NCBI GenBank assembly: GCA_002269645.1
Contig: NIVC01003402.1
Coordinates: 1-38,561 of the forward strand
Direction of reading: 5' to 3'
DNA from: Macrostomum lignano
Taxonomy: Eukaryota
DNA: 38,561 nt
Positions 21,556-38,470 of this stretch are shown here, piece by piece (within the stretch, counting starts at the first letter, position 1; the number at the start of each line of letters is the position of its first letter). The translations under genes were made by a program, and so were the position numbers. Under the pieces are notes generated by a model, which was not told where the DNA came from, did not search any database, and was given only the letters and a program-made list of their open reading frames with translations.

Positions 21556-22630
21556 TAAGAAGCAGACCTCAGATTCCGTCTCCATTCTTGCCCTCAAATC
21601 CATAGGCAGAGCTGGTGTTGTCTTAGCATTTCGACAACGCCACTAAGCATTAACCATAGACGCGACGAAACTAGCGGGCGCAGGTTTTGCGTTCTTTAAA
21701 ATCACATTCTCATTTTACCCTGCCTGTTGTTTTGATGTTTTTCCATAGACATCAGCAATCCTGCACGATTGAGGGTGCGGAACTGTCATATGTATCATTC
21801 TTACATGCAGAGTCAAACAAGAATGGATTCCTGCCCGCGTTCAAAAACCGCGGGCACAACTGACGATTCCATGGGCTCTGCGGCCGTGAGCCAAGTATAG
21901 TTATAGTGGCTGTTCTACTGAACATGAAAGTGAAATGACCAGTTCGGAAAGGTTTTAATTACGATGACAATTGACAAAATGAACTCATATGCTTAAAGCA
22001 TCAGTTCGCATAAACCAAATAGACAAAATTTTCGAGCTGTCAGCCCTAAACCATTGAGCTTGGCCTCAGACATCAGCCAAAAGCTGCTAAAGAAGAACCT
22101 AGCTTGCATTTGAAGCTGAGGTATCTTTGCCTTGCAGCATTTTGTAATTAATTGAATACAGAAAATCTCTGTGCGCAAGTTCACAAGGGACAGACTCACA
22201 GCTCAGACTCTTGCTCCGGCAGTATTTTCTGTGAATTGCTTTTTATTTTGATGCAGACATAAATGCAAATTATTTTTTGCTCATCTAGTTAAAGTCTGGC
22301 CATTCACTGTGTATGTTCTTCTACTGCGTGGAGATTGAAGTTTTTTAGCTGTAGGTTTGCAAAACCATTTCGCAACCCCCGTTTTCACCCCCCCCCACCT
22401 CCCCACCTTACTGGCATTGTGCTGCGCCAGAAAGAGCAGCAGACACACGAAATCGAAGAGCAAGGCTAACTTTTTTGCTGCGCACCTTCTCAAACAGGAG
22501 TCGAGTGCTACGCTTCTAGAACATCGAGCTATTATTGTTATTAAAAGATTCTGGGCATGCTGCATTTTGTACCCCCCCCCCTATGCGCCAATTAACACAG
22601 CGCCTCAGAATGTCCTTGACAAGCCTGACA

Positions 22631-23734
22631 TATACTCAGCAACAGTCAAAGGTTCCACCCACCAAGCGAGATGAAAACTTTCTCACTTATTGCGACAAAT
22701 TCTCACTCACAATTCAACCCTCAAGTTAGGCAGCTAAGCAGCCGTGAGGAACGGAAAGTTGACTGTATCAATAACTTGTAATATACTCAGCAACAGCTAA
22801 ACCCCCCCCCCCAACTCACGCTGTCACACGGCCCAAAAGTTTTGTATGCCATCGGTGACTCAGAAATGTGTGAAGGCTGCCGCCGCCAGACGCGAGCGCA
22901 AAGTGCGGCATGGGGGATTTGGGGAGGGGATGGCGCAACTCAAAGTCTCCAGACATGAACCCCATCGAGCATGTCTGGGACTTTGTAAAGCGAAGAGTTC
23001 AGCAGGATGCCCCACAGAATGCTGAACAGTTGCGACTGGCGGTGCTGAATGCCTGGCAGCAGCTGCCCCAAGAGTTCATCAACCGGCTGGTGATCAGGAT
23101 GCCACGACGAGTCACGGCACTTTTGCATGCTCGTGGTTCCTACACACGATACTGAGACTAGAATTAAAGACATTGCTTAACTTTTGTGCCCGTGTGACAG
23201 CGTGAGTTGGGGGGGGGGGGTTTAGCTGTTGCTGAGTATAAATGTCAGTCAAACAAAATCATAAAAATTTTTAATGCAATATTCAGTTAGAATCGCGATG
23301 CTTAATAACGCGTGAGGGATCCCCTCGCACGCAGAAGTGCGCGATCCTGCGGGGCATCCCCAGGATGAGGCGGCGCAGAAAGTCCTGGAGAAGCTGCTGC
23401 CAAGCGTTTTCAATGGCATGACGCAGCTCCGCAACATTCTGTGGTGGATTCTCTTTTCGAATGCTGCGTTTTAGGAAGTTCCAGACATGCTCGATGGGAT
23501 TCATGTCTGGGGACCGGGAAGGCCAGCGCAGAGTGCGCAGCTGTAGCTGTTCTTTCAGTTGACTGACAGCATCGGCTCGGTGTGGCGGCGCGTTGTCCTC
23601 CTGGACCATTAAGCAGACCCAAGCCACCCCCAAGTGGCAATAAGATTTGTTCGTGCCGTAAGTTGCGTCACTCGCAATAAGTGAAAAAATCATCTCACTT
23701 AGTGGGGTGGAACTTTTCACTGTTGTTGAGTATA
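22631..23734 (-). mobile_element. Internally deleted Tc1 (DD34E) element, outer
   Basis: TIRs TATACTCAGCAACAGTCAAAGGTTCCACCC... (22631-22695) and inverse at 23673-23734; transposase remnant 23283-23620 QEDNAPPH...WPSRSPDMNPIE with 34 residues between D and E. Confidence 0.8.
22782..23240 (+). mobile_element. Internally deleted Tc1 element nested in the outer Tc1
   Basis: 59-bp TIRs TATACTCAGCAACAGCTAAACCCC... at 22782-22840 and 23180-23240; C-terminal transposase fragment SPDMNPIEHVWDFVKRR...MPRRVTALLHARGSYTRY* ending at 23155. Confidence 0.85.
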
Positions 23735-24108
23735 TGTTGTGAGCCCAGTCATCCAGAGCGACGCCTACAGCTGAACCCTGTTGGGAAGCTACGATCCCCA
23801 GGTCCCCACTTAGAGCTCCCGTCCCGTGTCCCAGGGAGAAGCAGGAAAACGACAGAGCAGAACTCACGAGCTTCCGCGCAAAAGCCGATACAGTTCGCAC
23901 TTGCTATGTGCTATGGTAGACAAAAAAGTTTGTTTTGAAGTAGCCAACGATAGGACCAACAGAACGCAAGGGCGCGGCTGCCTAGTAGACAGCAAATTCA
24001 TTATATTTATTATCTGACCTACGAGTACATGAATACTTTTAGAACAAATGTACGGTACGGTAGGGGGAGGTGGTGCGAGGTGGCGTGATCGGCGTACGCA
24101 TTGATTCT

Positions 24109-24150
24109 TGATTGGAGGGGTGAGGCAGACTGGAAGGGTCGGGGCGGGGC
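24109..24150 (+). promoter_or_regulatory. Candidate proximal promoter of GGT-2 (inverted CCAAT box plus GC box)
   Basis: TGATTGG at 24109-24115 and consensus GGGGCGGGGC at 24141-24150, ~230 bp upstream of the TM exon. Confidence 0.35.
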
Positions 24151-24380
24151 AGGAGGGCAAAAAAGAACACGATTGCACAACACATATTTCATCAGCACGT
24201 CGACCACTGGTCTTTGCTATGCTGCTGACTTTCTTTTGCTGCTCAATTCCAGCGCAGTTAAAAAGTTGTATGGGGAATCCCCATGGTGGATCTACTGCCA
24301 ATAATGATGCTAAATTTACTGGTTATTGTCACTTCTACTCACTGTTAAACACGCAAACCACTTTGATTTTATTTAAACAG

Positions 24381-27300
24381 CAAGTACGTGTTCGCTCTTC
24401 TGGCAGCCGTCATCACTGCACTGACTGTACTGGTCATCGTTTTTGTCTCACTATACCTGCGCTGCATTAACGATGAAGCAACCAACAAGACAGGTGAGAC
24501 CCTCCGTAGCACAAAGTTTAAACATCAGATGAAGTCGCTCGGAGCATGTTGGAGCATGCATGGTGGAGCACATTGATATGCAAAACCTTTCCAGAGACAT
24601 CCGAGTGGCAGAACAACTGCGTTTCTGACTCGACAAAAGACATCTATCAGTACAATGCGATCTCAGCTGACTCGGCAGTGTGCAGCACAATTGGAGATTA
24701 TGTGCTCAACATCCTCGGAGGCAACGCTATGGACGCAGGAGTCGCTACTTTGCTGTGCGTTGGCGTCTCCAACTTTCAAAGTGCAGGCATCGGCGGAGGA
24801 TCATTCTTAGTTTACTACAATCGGTAGGTTTAAACTTTAAGGGGCTTACTCAGGCTTGACAAATGACTCAAAAATGAGTCTAAACACTCCAACAGATCCT
24901 CGCGAACGGCAAGCGCCTACAATTATCGAGAAACGGCGCCTGCCGCCGCGCATCGCGACATGTACAGCAGCGCTTCCGGCCTGCCGTCGAACGCCTCCCT
25001 CTACGGCGGTCTGGCGATCGGTGTGCCGGGCGAGGTCGCCGGTCTGGCAGCGGCTCACGCGGCGCACGGCCGCCTTCCGTGGCGCTCCGTGGTCGAGCCG
25101 GTCTCGCGAGTGCTTCGCGAGGGCCAGCGCGTGTCCCGCCCGCTGGCCGATGCCATCGCCTCAAAATATCCGCAAGTGCCGGATGTGGCTCCGTTCAAGG
25201 AGCTGAAAGACTGGATGGTCAATCCGGCTACAGGAAAGCCGTACAAGGAGGGTGATGTGCTTGTTGACACTAAACTGGCCGACACCATGGACAAGATTGC
25301 AAATGATCCGCAGGTATTCTACAATGGGAGCTTAGCCGATGACATCGTTCAGGAAGTGCTTGCGGCCGGAGGCAACATTACCAACGATGATCTTCTGGTA
25401 TGCTTAAAAGATATATGATATGTTTATTTAAACAGGCTTTTAGCAGACTAATTGATTTTTAAGTCGCGCTCATTCCTTCAGATTTAGGACTGGTTTCCAT
25501 CAATGCAAATACGCTCGTAGACTTGAAACTTCTAAATGACATTATCGAATATTTACTTGACTTATTTTTCACACTATTATTTGGCTTTTGGGTCTTCTTA
25601 AGCAAAAATAACTTAAACAGCAGCATTTGAAAGTACCTAATGTCTTCTTTTTCAGTACAATTCTCTTGTAAACTTGCACAAATTCGAGCTAAATCACCCT
25701 GCTTGACATCGGGAATTATAGAACTACCAACCGAGGCGCCTCGACCCGCTGATGGCGACTCTGCCGTCGAAGGGTCTGACGCTCTACTCGCTGCCTCCTC
25801 CGAGTAGCGGCGCCGTCCTTTCTCTCATCCTCGGCATCATGGACGGCTACGCTGGAGATTCAGCAAAGGCGAGGTCGACGAAAGAAGGCTACGTCAACTT
25901 TCTCCACCGTCTCGTCGAGTCGTTCAAGTTCGCTTACGCGAAGCGCTCCGGTCTGGGCGACGCGGCATTCGTGAACGTGACCGAGCTGGTGGCCAACATG
26001 ACGAGCAGCAGCTACGCGTCGGAGCTTCGCAGTCGCATCACCGACGATGCCACGCACGATGTCAACTACTATGGACCAATGTTCGAGTGGAAGGAGGACT
26101 CTGGCACGACTCACGTGTCTCTTGTGGACTCTGACGGCAACGCAATTTCTGTGACCGCCACCATCAACACGTAGTGAGTTGATATTGATAGCATTAGACG
26201 TAAAGTTTCGATTGTTTTTCTGAGGTCTTTAAGCTATAATACTGTGTAGTATGCCGTTCTTAAGCGGGCAGAATCTGCGCCATCAAATTTCAAAAACTGT
26301 TCAGCTTCTAAAATTCTTCCACCAATGCAGCTTCGGCTCCATGGTCCGCGGCGCCCGCACTGGCATTTTCTACAACAACGAGATGGACGACTTCTCCCAG
26401 CCCAACAAGACTAATTTTTTTGGCCTACCAGCCTCTCCCACGAATTTTATCGAGCCCGGCAAGCGTCCGATGTCTTCAATGGCCCCGACTATTCTCGTTG
26501 ACTCCAGCGGTGCCGTTCAGTTTGTCAGCGGCGCTGCTGGCGGCTCCCGCATCACCACGGCTATCGCCTATATGCTGGCTAGACAGCTGTACCTGAATGA
26601 GACGGTCAAGGCGGCTGTGGACTCCTACCGACTGCATCACCAGCTGGTGCCGAATTTTGTCACCTACAACCCCGATAAATGCGACGTACCAGAGGCAAGT
26701 TTCCTAATATTATTATATCGACGCTTTCTGCAACAGTTTTTCTCTTGATATCTGACATGACGACACTGGCTCGTTACCTCAACATATGCGCCTCACAGCC
26801 TTCAATTTCATAATTTAATTGCAAGATGTACGTTAGGATACTAGTCGATTGAGCTTGATAATATAGAGATGATGCGGTTATTACATAGCGTTGCACAGCG
26901 TTTAGCAGATCTTGATTTTGTCTTAAAAAATAACTTTTTTGGAACGGGTTTTATTGTTGGGTGTTAGTCAACTCACTCAATTTTAAGGGCCAAAATGTGA
27001 TTCCGCTTTCATCGAAAGGGTGTACATCGAGAAAACAGTGGCACCTTTGAGTGCTGTTGAGTGCTGACCCTTCTACTACCGGTATATCAAGGACTACTGT
27101 AGTATAACAAGACGTAAAACTTAATGGTCGTGTAATTTTTAGGAGGCCAATTTGCTGGAAAAAATACACAATGTTTTGTAGTGACAGCTTTATTTTCATG
27201 TTTTCTTTTTTCATAAGGCCAAGTTTTAAATGAGCACAAGTTAAATTTTGTTTTGTTGCTTCTTGAGTGCAGTTTACTTGTAATAAAGTTTTTGCACGAA

Positions 27301-27892
27301 GGTACTCATTTTTAGACCCTTAAGCTAGGCCTTGGCTAAAAAATTGATAGCTTTCGAAAGACTAGGTCAGCAGCAATATGGAAAATGGTATTGGTAAACA
27401 GTTAATTATTTAGGCAGGTCTAGGAATCCATATACTACATCTAAAATGTAGCTACTAATTTACATTTAAATGGAGCTATAACTACACTAATGGCTTAAGA
27501 GTACCCATGCATGCAGCCATTTTTATTACAAAATTTCTTTGATTCAAAAAGCAACAAAACAAATGTTCCATTTGCGAGTATTTATAACTTTGGCTTGGGC
27601 TGAAAATTTTTTTCCTATCTCAGAAGTGCATTTTCAAGGAGATTGGCCTCCTTAGATGATTACACGTCTTTGCGTTTTGCGTCCTGTTATGCTACAGTGG
27701 TCCTTGAACTAAATACAGCTTTTCCACGTCGAAATGACTCTTCAGATCATCAAATCGGAGCTGCGTCGCAAAGGCCACGCAGTTCAGCCCTCCAGTTCGC
27801 TCAGCGTGATCGAGGCGGTCCAGCGACTGCCGAACGGGAAGCTGCAGGCGAATTGGGACTTTCGAAAGCCGTCAAAGACGGGCGGCTTTTAG
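24381..27892 (+). CDS. GGT: Gamma-glutamyltransferase paralog 2 (short first coding exon not located)
   Basis: Exons 24381-24493 (TM), 24595-24823, 24896-25397, 25722-26173, 26331-26694 (GC donor), 27746-27892; phases consistent; catalytic Thr and NYRE, NNEMDDFS, PMSSM, GGS, DFRK motifs intact. Confidence 0.92.
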
Positions 27893-28679
27893 CCGCACCT
27901 GCCTGCTGGCTGCTGTTGACAACTATACACTTCGTAAATATCGGCCGCTCTGATTCTCACTGGCTAGAGGCGTGCTGACTTTCCAAGAAAGATCTATTTT
28001 AAGTAACATAAATTTGAAAAGTTTTCGTTTTCACAATAATAGCTTTAATTATCAAGAATGTCAGCACTGAAGGCATCTTTCCAGTTTACTTTATATGAGT
28101 TGGATCTCAGTTCAACAAATTTCAATCCGTAACCTTTATACTCGAAATTTCTTTCTTTTTAGAAACTTAAACTACCAGCGTACAGATAAATTAATTCAAC
28201 TTCTTTTTCGAATAAATGTTTTTTTCAGAAAAAATGTGCCCACTACTCATAATAGTTAGTATAATGTAGTAATCTAGGATCAGACTTTTTATCGTGTTAC
28301 CTTAAAAATATTGGAATTCAAAATATAACTGAACTGAATCTTGCAGAATATTTTACTACGGCACGAACTGTCGCTATAGGTTTTAGACAGGTTTTCAAAA
28401 TGACTACAGACTTGTTTACATGTATAGTTGCGATTCACTAATCACAAAGATAGTTAAGTTATGTTTCAAAGACATTACTTATTAGTCCGCCTATGTACTC
28501 AGGTAAAAACCTAGAAAGCAGGGATTGGGGCTGTAGCCTCCTATCAGTATCAGTGCTCTCTTATCGGCACTGGGCGGCTCGAATAAGCAGATAAAAATAG
28601 TCAGACTGCATGGCCATCCGCATGCAAGGCCGAATTGAATGTTTTGAGCAACTGCAGGCTCCACAAACACGCAAGAGAA

Positions 28680-32974
<4,295 letters not shown>

Positions 32975-33010
32975 TTCCATACAGTTGACCAATGACGAGG
33001 GTATATCAAC

Positions 33011-33321
33011 TGTTTGGCGTCTTTAAGTGCCAAACTTTCAGTTGATAAGTCGTCGAGGCCCACTTAAGGACTACTAGACTACTGTCGTGACTTTTTAGTC
33101 ATCTGACTTATCTCTTAAGTTCATCTATCGGATACGATTGTCTCTTTGTTTACTAGTTCTGTCTGTCTGGTTCATCTGATTTATCGTATCTCTCTCTCTC
33201 TCTCTTGATCGCTTCTTATTGGCTCTTCATTCATCTGAGAGAGTGGTTTTACGCAGTAAGGCGGGTTGGTGCGCCACTGAGGAAAGAGCTAGCTAAGATC
33301 GAAGAGCCAATCAGAAGCGAG

Positions 33322-33365
<44 letters not shown>

Positions 33366-33545
33366 GATGAATCACATGAGCCAGACACAGAGAAATAGTA
33401 AACAGAGACGAGCGCAGATGAACTGAAGAGAATAGTCACATGATTAGAAAGGCGCGAAAGTAGTCTAGTGGTCCTTGAATGGCCCTAGTCGTTTCCCCCT
33501 AGTCGTTTCCTCAACTGAATGTTTCGTGTTCAAAGACGCCAAACA
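33011..33545. repeat. Long imperfect palindrome / foldback element just downstream of the GGT-3 stop codon
   Basis: Arms 33011-33228 and 33301-33545 (terminal 14-bp perfect IR TGTTTGGCGTCTTT; internal CT/AG microsatellites pair); 72-bp spacer. Confidence 0.85.
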
Positions 33546-34186
33546 CAAGTTTGATCCATGCTTGTTCTGGTGCAGCAAAGTTTCAAATAAAAAAATTGTT
33601 CTCGTTTGATTAGATCGATTGATTGACAGATTAAATATAAATTGACTAGATTGTTTGGACGCTTGATTAGATATTTACATCTTTATTGTGCAGGCATAGA
33701 AGGCAATTTATCTAATATAGAAAGTTTGAATTATGACCAGGCAAACAGTTTTTATAGGAAAAATTTTAGATTCTATGATCATATATTTACGTTTTAATAA
33801 TGCTTTGTTATATTTGGCAATCAAACCGCTAGGCAGCACGATTTACCAGTAGCTACTTGAACATATCAATCTAAATAAAAAGCATTGAAACTGCTGTTTT
33901 TAGGCCAGGTAGGGCATAGTGAATGCAAATTCATTCATTTATTCTTTCTTATTCGTTAATTTCGGTGCCTACTGTTTCTGTTGACTTGTTGACACAGCAT
34001 TAAATGAGTTTCAGCTTACTATCTACTCATGAGTAGTATGGATAAAATATTAATTAAGTAATCCGCACAGCTAGCCACGCTGGAGTAAGTTTATCATACA
34101 ATAATGTATCAGAGCAGCCTTTTTAATAGAACTTTAATCGTAAGGAACATCACTAAGTCAACCCTCGTCAAGCATTCGTTCATCGA

Positions 34187-37100
34187 TCAGACACCGCCAG
34201 TCCTAGACGGCTTGTGATAGTCCGCATTCGCTTGAAGCTGCCCGTTCGACAGTCGCTCAATCGCCTGAACGGCGCTGATCCGTCTGAATGGTTTCAGTTT
34301 GTGGCCTTTGCGACGAAGCTCCTCCTTGATGATCTGGAGAGGGCAGTAAGGAGTGTGAGCAAACGTCTATCGGGAGTGCACGAAGACAATGTAGCTAAAT
34401 TCTGACCGAATGGTCTACCGGAAACGGCTCATGATCTTCCTGTAAACTTGGGTGTTGAATTATGACGGCTTATACGAGCGTATCATGAGCGTATCATTTT
34501 TTATCAAGACAGAAAAAGTATTGCTTCACGAATGTGGTTGAGTAGCCTGAAGATTCACGTCTTTTAAGATTTTTTGTAATTGATGTGCTATTAAACAATG
34601 AAATAAGATTGCCTCGAACACTACCAGACTGCCATAGTTGATTAGCTGTCAGCAACCATATTTTAGTACATACTAATTTCAGCTGCTATTCAAAAGACAA
34701 GGGCTTGCCTCAGGTGGGTCACAAGCATCCGGATTGTAGTTGAGCACATTCGGCACCAGCTGGTGATGCAGTCGGTAGGAGTCTACAGCCGCCTTGACCG
34801 TCTCATTCAGGTACAGCTGTCTGGCCAGCGTGTAAGCGACAGCCGAGGTGATGCGCGAGCCGCCAGCAGCGCCGCTGACAAACTGGACGTGACCATCGGC
34901 GTTAACGACGATCACCGGCGCCATTGAAGACATCGGGCGCTTGTTCGCCGCAATAAAGTTGGTGGGCGAGGCTGGTAGGCCAAAGTAATTTGTCTTGTTG
35001 GGCTGAGAGAAGTCGTCCATCTCGTTGTTAAAAAAAATTCCAGTGCGGACGCCTCTAATCAAAGAGCCAAAGCTGCAATGTGGGTTTTATGTTCAGAGTT
35101 TCCATCCGAAACGAGACATCGAATTCTTATAGAATGCTTATAGTCAACAGCAAAGAAATTTCCTTGATAGGATTAGCAATCAACTCACTACGTGTTGATT
35201 GTGGAGGTGATAGAAATTGCGTTGCCGTCAGAGTCCACAAGAGACACGTGAGTCGTGCCAGAGTCCTCCTTCCACTCGAACATTGGTCCATAGTAGTTGA
35301 CATCGTGCGTGGCGTCGTCGGTGATGCGACTGCGAAGCTCCGACGCGTAGCTGCTGCTCGTCATGTTGGCCACCAGCTCGGTCACGTTCACGAATACCGC
35401 GTCGCCCAGACCGGAGCGCTTCGCGTAAGCGAACTTGAACGACTCGACGAGACGGTGGAGAAAGTTGACGTAGCCGTCTTTCGTCGACCTCGCTTGGGCA
35501 GAGTCTCCGGCGTAGCCGTCCATGATGCCGAGAATGAGAGAAAGAACGGCGCCGCTACTCGGAGGAGGCAGCGAGTAGAGCGTCAGACCCTTCGACGACA
35601 GAGTCGCTGTTAGTGGCGTGAGACGCCTTGGTCGGTAGTTCTGAGATATATTGTAATTTACTTCGAAATAGTTGAAAGGTTGAGAAAATTTATAACATAG
35701 ATCTCGTGTATTCGATTTTTGTACTTAAAGGTAAAATGTTTTCACCATCGTCTCACAGTAGAAAAAAGTTGCAAGGCATTGATGCGACTTACTAATAGGT
35801 CATTTTTTGTAATGTTCCCTCCGGCCGCAAGCACTTCCTGAACGATGTCATCGGCTAAGCTCCCATTGTAGAATACCTGCGGATCGTTTGCAATCTTGTC
35901 CATGGTGTCGGCCAGTTTAGTGTCAACAAGCACATCACCCTCCTTATACGGCTTTCCTGTAGCCGGATTGACCATCCAGTCTTTCAGCTCCTTGAACGGA
36001 GCCACATCCGGCACTTGCGGATATTTTGAGGCGAACGCTTTCGCTAGCGGGCGGGACACGCGCTGGCCCTCGCGAAGCACTCGCGAGACCGGCTCGACCA
36101 CGGAGCGCCACGGAAGGCGGCCGTGCGCCGCGTGAGCCGCTGCCAGACCGGCGACCTCGCCGGGCACACCGATCGCCAGACCGCCGTAGAGGGAGGCGTT
36201 CGACGGCAGGCCGCTGTACATGTCGCGGTGCGCGGCGGCAGGCGCCGATTCGCGGAAGTCAAACGCTCTTGCCGCACGAGTGGAGCTGTTTCAAGGGAAG
36301 TTTTATTGTCCTACTCAACCCATAGAAACTTTGTGCAGTCTTTGTACAGCATGAAAGGATCGTTTTTGATTTGTGTTCACCAGGAGTATTTTTGCCTACC
36401 GATTTTTGGAGCAACTGAAGCAACAGAGTGAGAAATTAGAAATAGCGACCCAGCATGCGCCTACCGGTTGTAGTAAACCAGAAAGGAGCCTCCGCCGATG
36501 CCTGCGTTGTGGATGTTTGAGACGCCAATGCACAGCACGGTGGCTACTCCAGCGTCCATGGCGTTGCCGCCGAGCACATTGAGCACATAGTCTCCGATGG
36601 TGCTGCACGCGTTGCAGTCTGATGTGACTGCGTTATACTGATAGATGTCGGTGCCGGAAGCTGAGACGCAGTTTTTCTGCCACTCGGGTGTCTCTGCAAT
36701 CAATTTTTACAAGTATCTTCAACTCCTAGTCTTTAAGATATTTTCTCGTGACTGAACAGTTAAAACGGGAGTTATTGTGGAACTCAATGTCTTACCGCCG
36801 TAGCTGCTGCGGCACTGAGCACTGAGCGCGGCAAAGACGATCACCAGTACAATTAAGGTTGCGATGACCGCTGCCAGAATGCCCAGCTGAATCCGTGATC
36901 TGTTTAATTAAGTTTAGACAACTGTTTGTTATGACAAGATCTGAGTGTTTACTTATTTATTGATATTATAGAGCTGAAAAAGATAATTTCATAAACTAAA
37001 GCTGCAATCCCAGTGAATATCCATACATTCCGTAGATCAGCTAAGGCAAGCCTCTTTGTTGTTTGCTTCGCTTTCCAGCAAGCGACAAGGACCACTAGAA

Positions 37101-37309
37101 GTTACCAAACTCCTTGGGAAGCGAGTAGCACCCAAAAATTTACACGCAAGAATTTTCAAAAAATGTGTTCCATTTCCACACAAACAGATTGCTAAGGTGA
37201 GTTTCGAAGCAGATTCTCTCAAAGCAAGAATATTCGTACATTCAGATTACTACATCACCTGATAACTTACTCACACCCTTAATACTTACCTTTTCCGCGA
37301 TTGCTGCAT
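34187..37309 (-). CDS. GGT: Gamma-glutamyltransferase paralog 4 (602 aa), convergent with GGT-3
   Basis: Exons 37309-37290 (MQQSRK), 36899-36796 (TM), 36693-36465, 36285-35793, 35640-35189, 35072-34709 (GC donor), 34333-34187; total 1809 nt in frame; catalytic motifs present; C-terminal DYHK. Confidence 0.93.
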
Positions 37310-37824
37310 GTCGGGCAGCTGGTGGCGAACAGAAGACGTATTTTGGCGCATTCAGTGACCGAAGTTCAGTTTTACAAAACAGCATTAACAGGTATGCAGC
37401 TATGCAGGTATGGAAACTTCAATTCACTCAGAATTTCTAGGTCAAGGCAAGCGGAAACGGTCGACTGAGCTGGGGGGGGGTCGGGCTGACCATTGGCAGG
37501 GCAGGCGTCTGCGAAATTCAAGACGTGTTTTAATAACAAACTCCGGGCTCCATTTTCACCTGTGCGCGAGAGTTGAAGAAGTTTTTCGTTTCATAGGGCC
37601 AAGATTTTGCGTGTTCTGATCTGCTACCAGAGCTTACGAGTAACTGTGAAAGGTCTAACTTAATGACATAAATATCAAGATTAAAAACTTCAGCAATACC
37701 AGTGGCGTCCATAATCTCTTGCTAATCTTTGATTACAATTGGAATCTGTGAACTTGGAATCTGTGAACTGCGTTAAATAATGAGATGTGCGCCTTGGCAC
37801 CGTGATTTACGAGCGTAGCAGTAG

Positions 37825-38470
37825 TGGTCACACCTTGGAACCTGTGCCGCCCATGATCACACCTTGGCACCTGTGCCGCCCATGATCACACCTTGGCACC
37901 TGTGCCGCCCATGATCACACCTTGGCACCTGTGCTGTCCATGATCACACCTTGGCACCTGTGCTGTCCATGGTCACACCTTGGAACCTGTGCTGCCCATG
38001 GTCACACCTTGGAACCTGTGCTGTTCATGATGACACCTTGGCACCTGTGCTGTCCATGGTCACACCTTGGCACCTGTGCTGCCCATGTCACACATTGGAA
38101 CCTGTGCTGTCCATGGTCACACCTTGGCACCTGTGCTGCCCATGGCCACACCTTGGCACCTGTGCTGTCCATGATCACACCTTGGCACCTGTGCTGTCCA
38201 TGGTCACACCTTGGCACCTGTGCTGTCCATGGTCACACCTTGGAACCTGTGCTGCCCATGGTCACACATTGGAACCTGTGCTGTCCATGATGACACCTTG
38301 GCACCTGTGCTGTCCATGGTCACACCTTGGCACCTGTGCTGCCCATGGTCACACATTGGAACCTGTGCTGTCCATGATCACACCTGGGCACCTGTGGCTT
38401 CCATGGTCACACCTTGGCACCTGTGCTGTCCATGATCACACCTTGGCACCTGTGCTGTCCATGATCACAC
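37825..38470. repeat. 29-bp minisatellite, ~22 units (CCATGGTCACACCTTGGCACCTGTGCTGT)
   Basis: Tandem 29-nt period; the translated ORFs repeat every 29 aa (three units). Confidence 0.95.

Noticed and set aside
23620-23900. N-terminal half of ORF 23283-23900 as a full Tc1 transposase
   Set aside because: It crosses the element's TIR (23673-23734) into flanking DNA; only 23283-23620 is transposase-like.
37825-38470. CRISPR array or Cys/His/Trp-rich metal-binding proteins (ORFs 37922-38478)
   Set aside because: Units are contiguous without unique spacers, there are no cas genes, and the context is eukaryotic. The ORFs are open in several frames simply because the 29-bp unit lacks stops.
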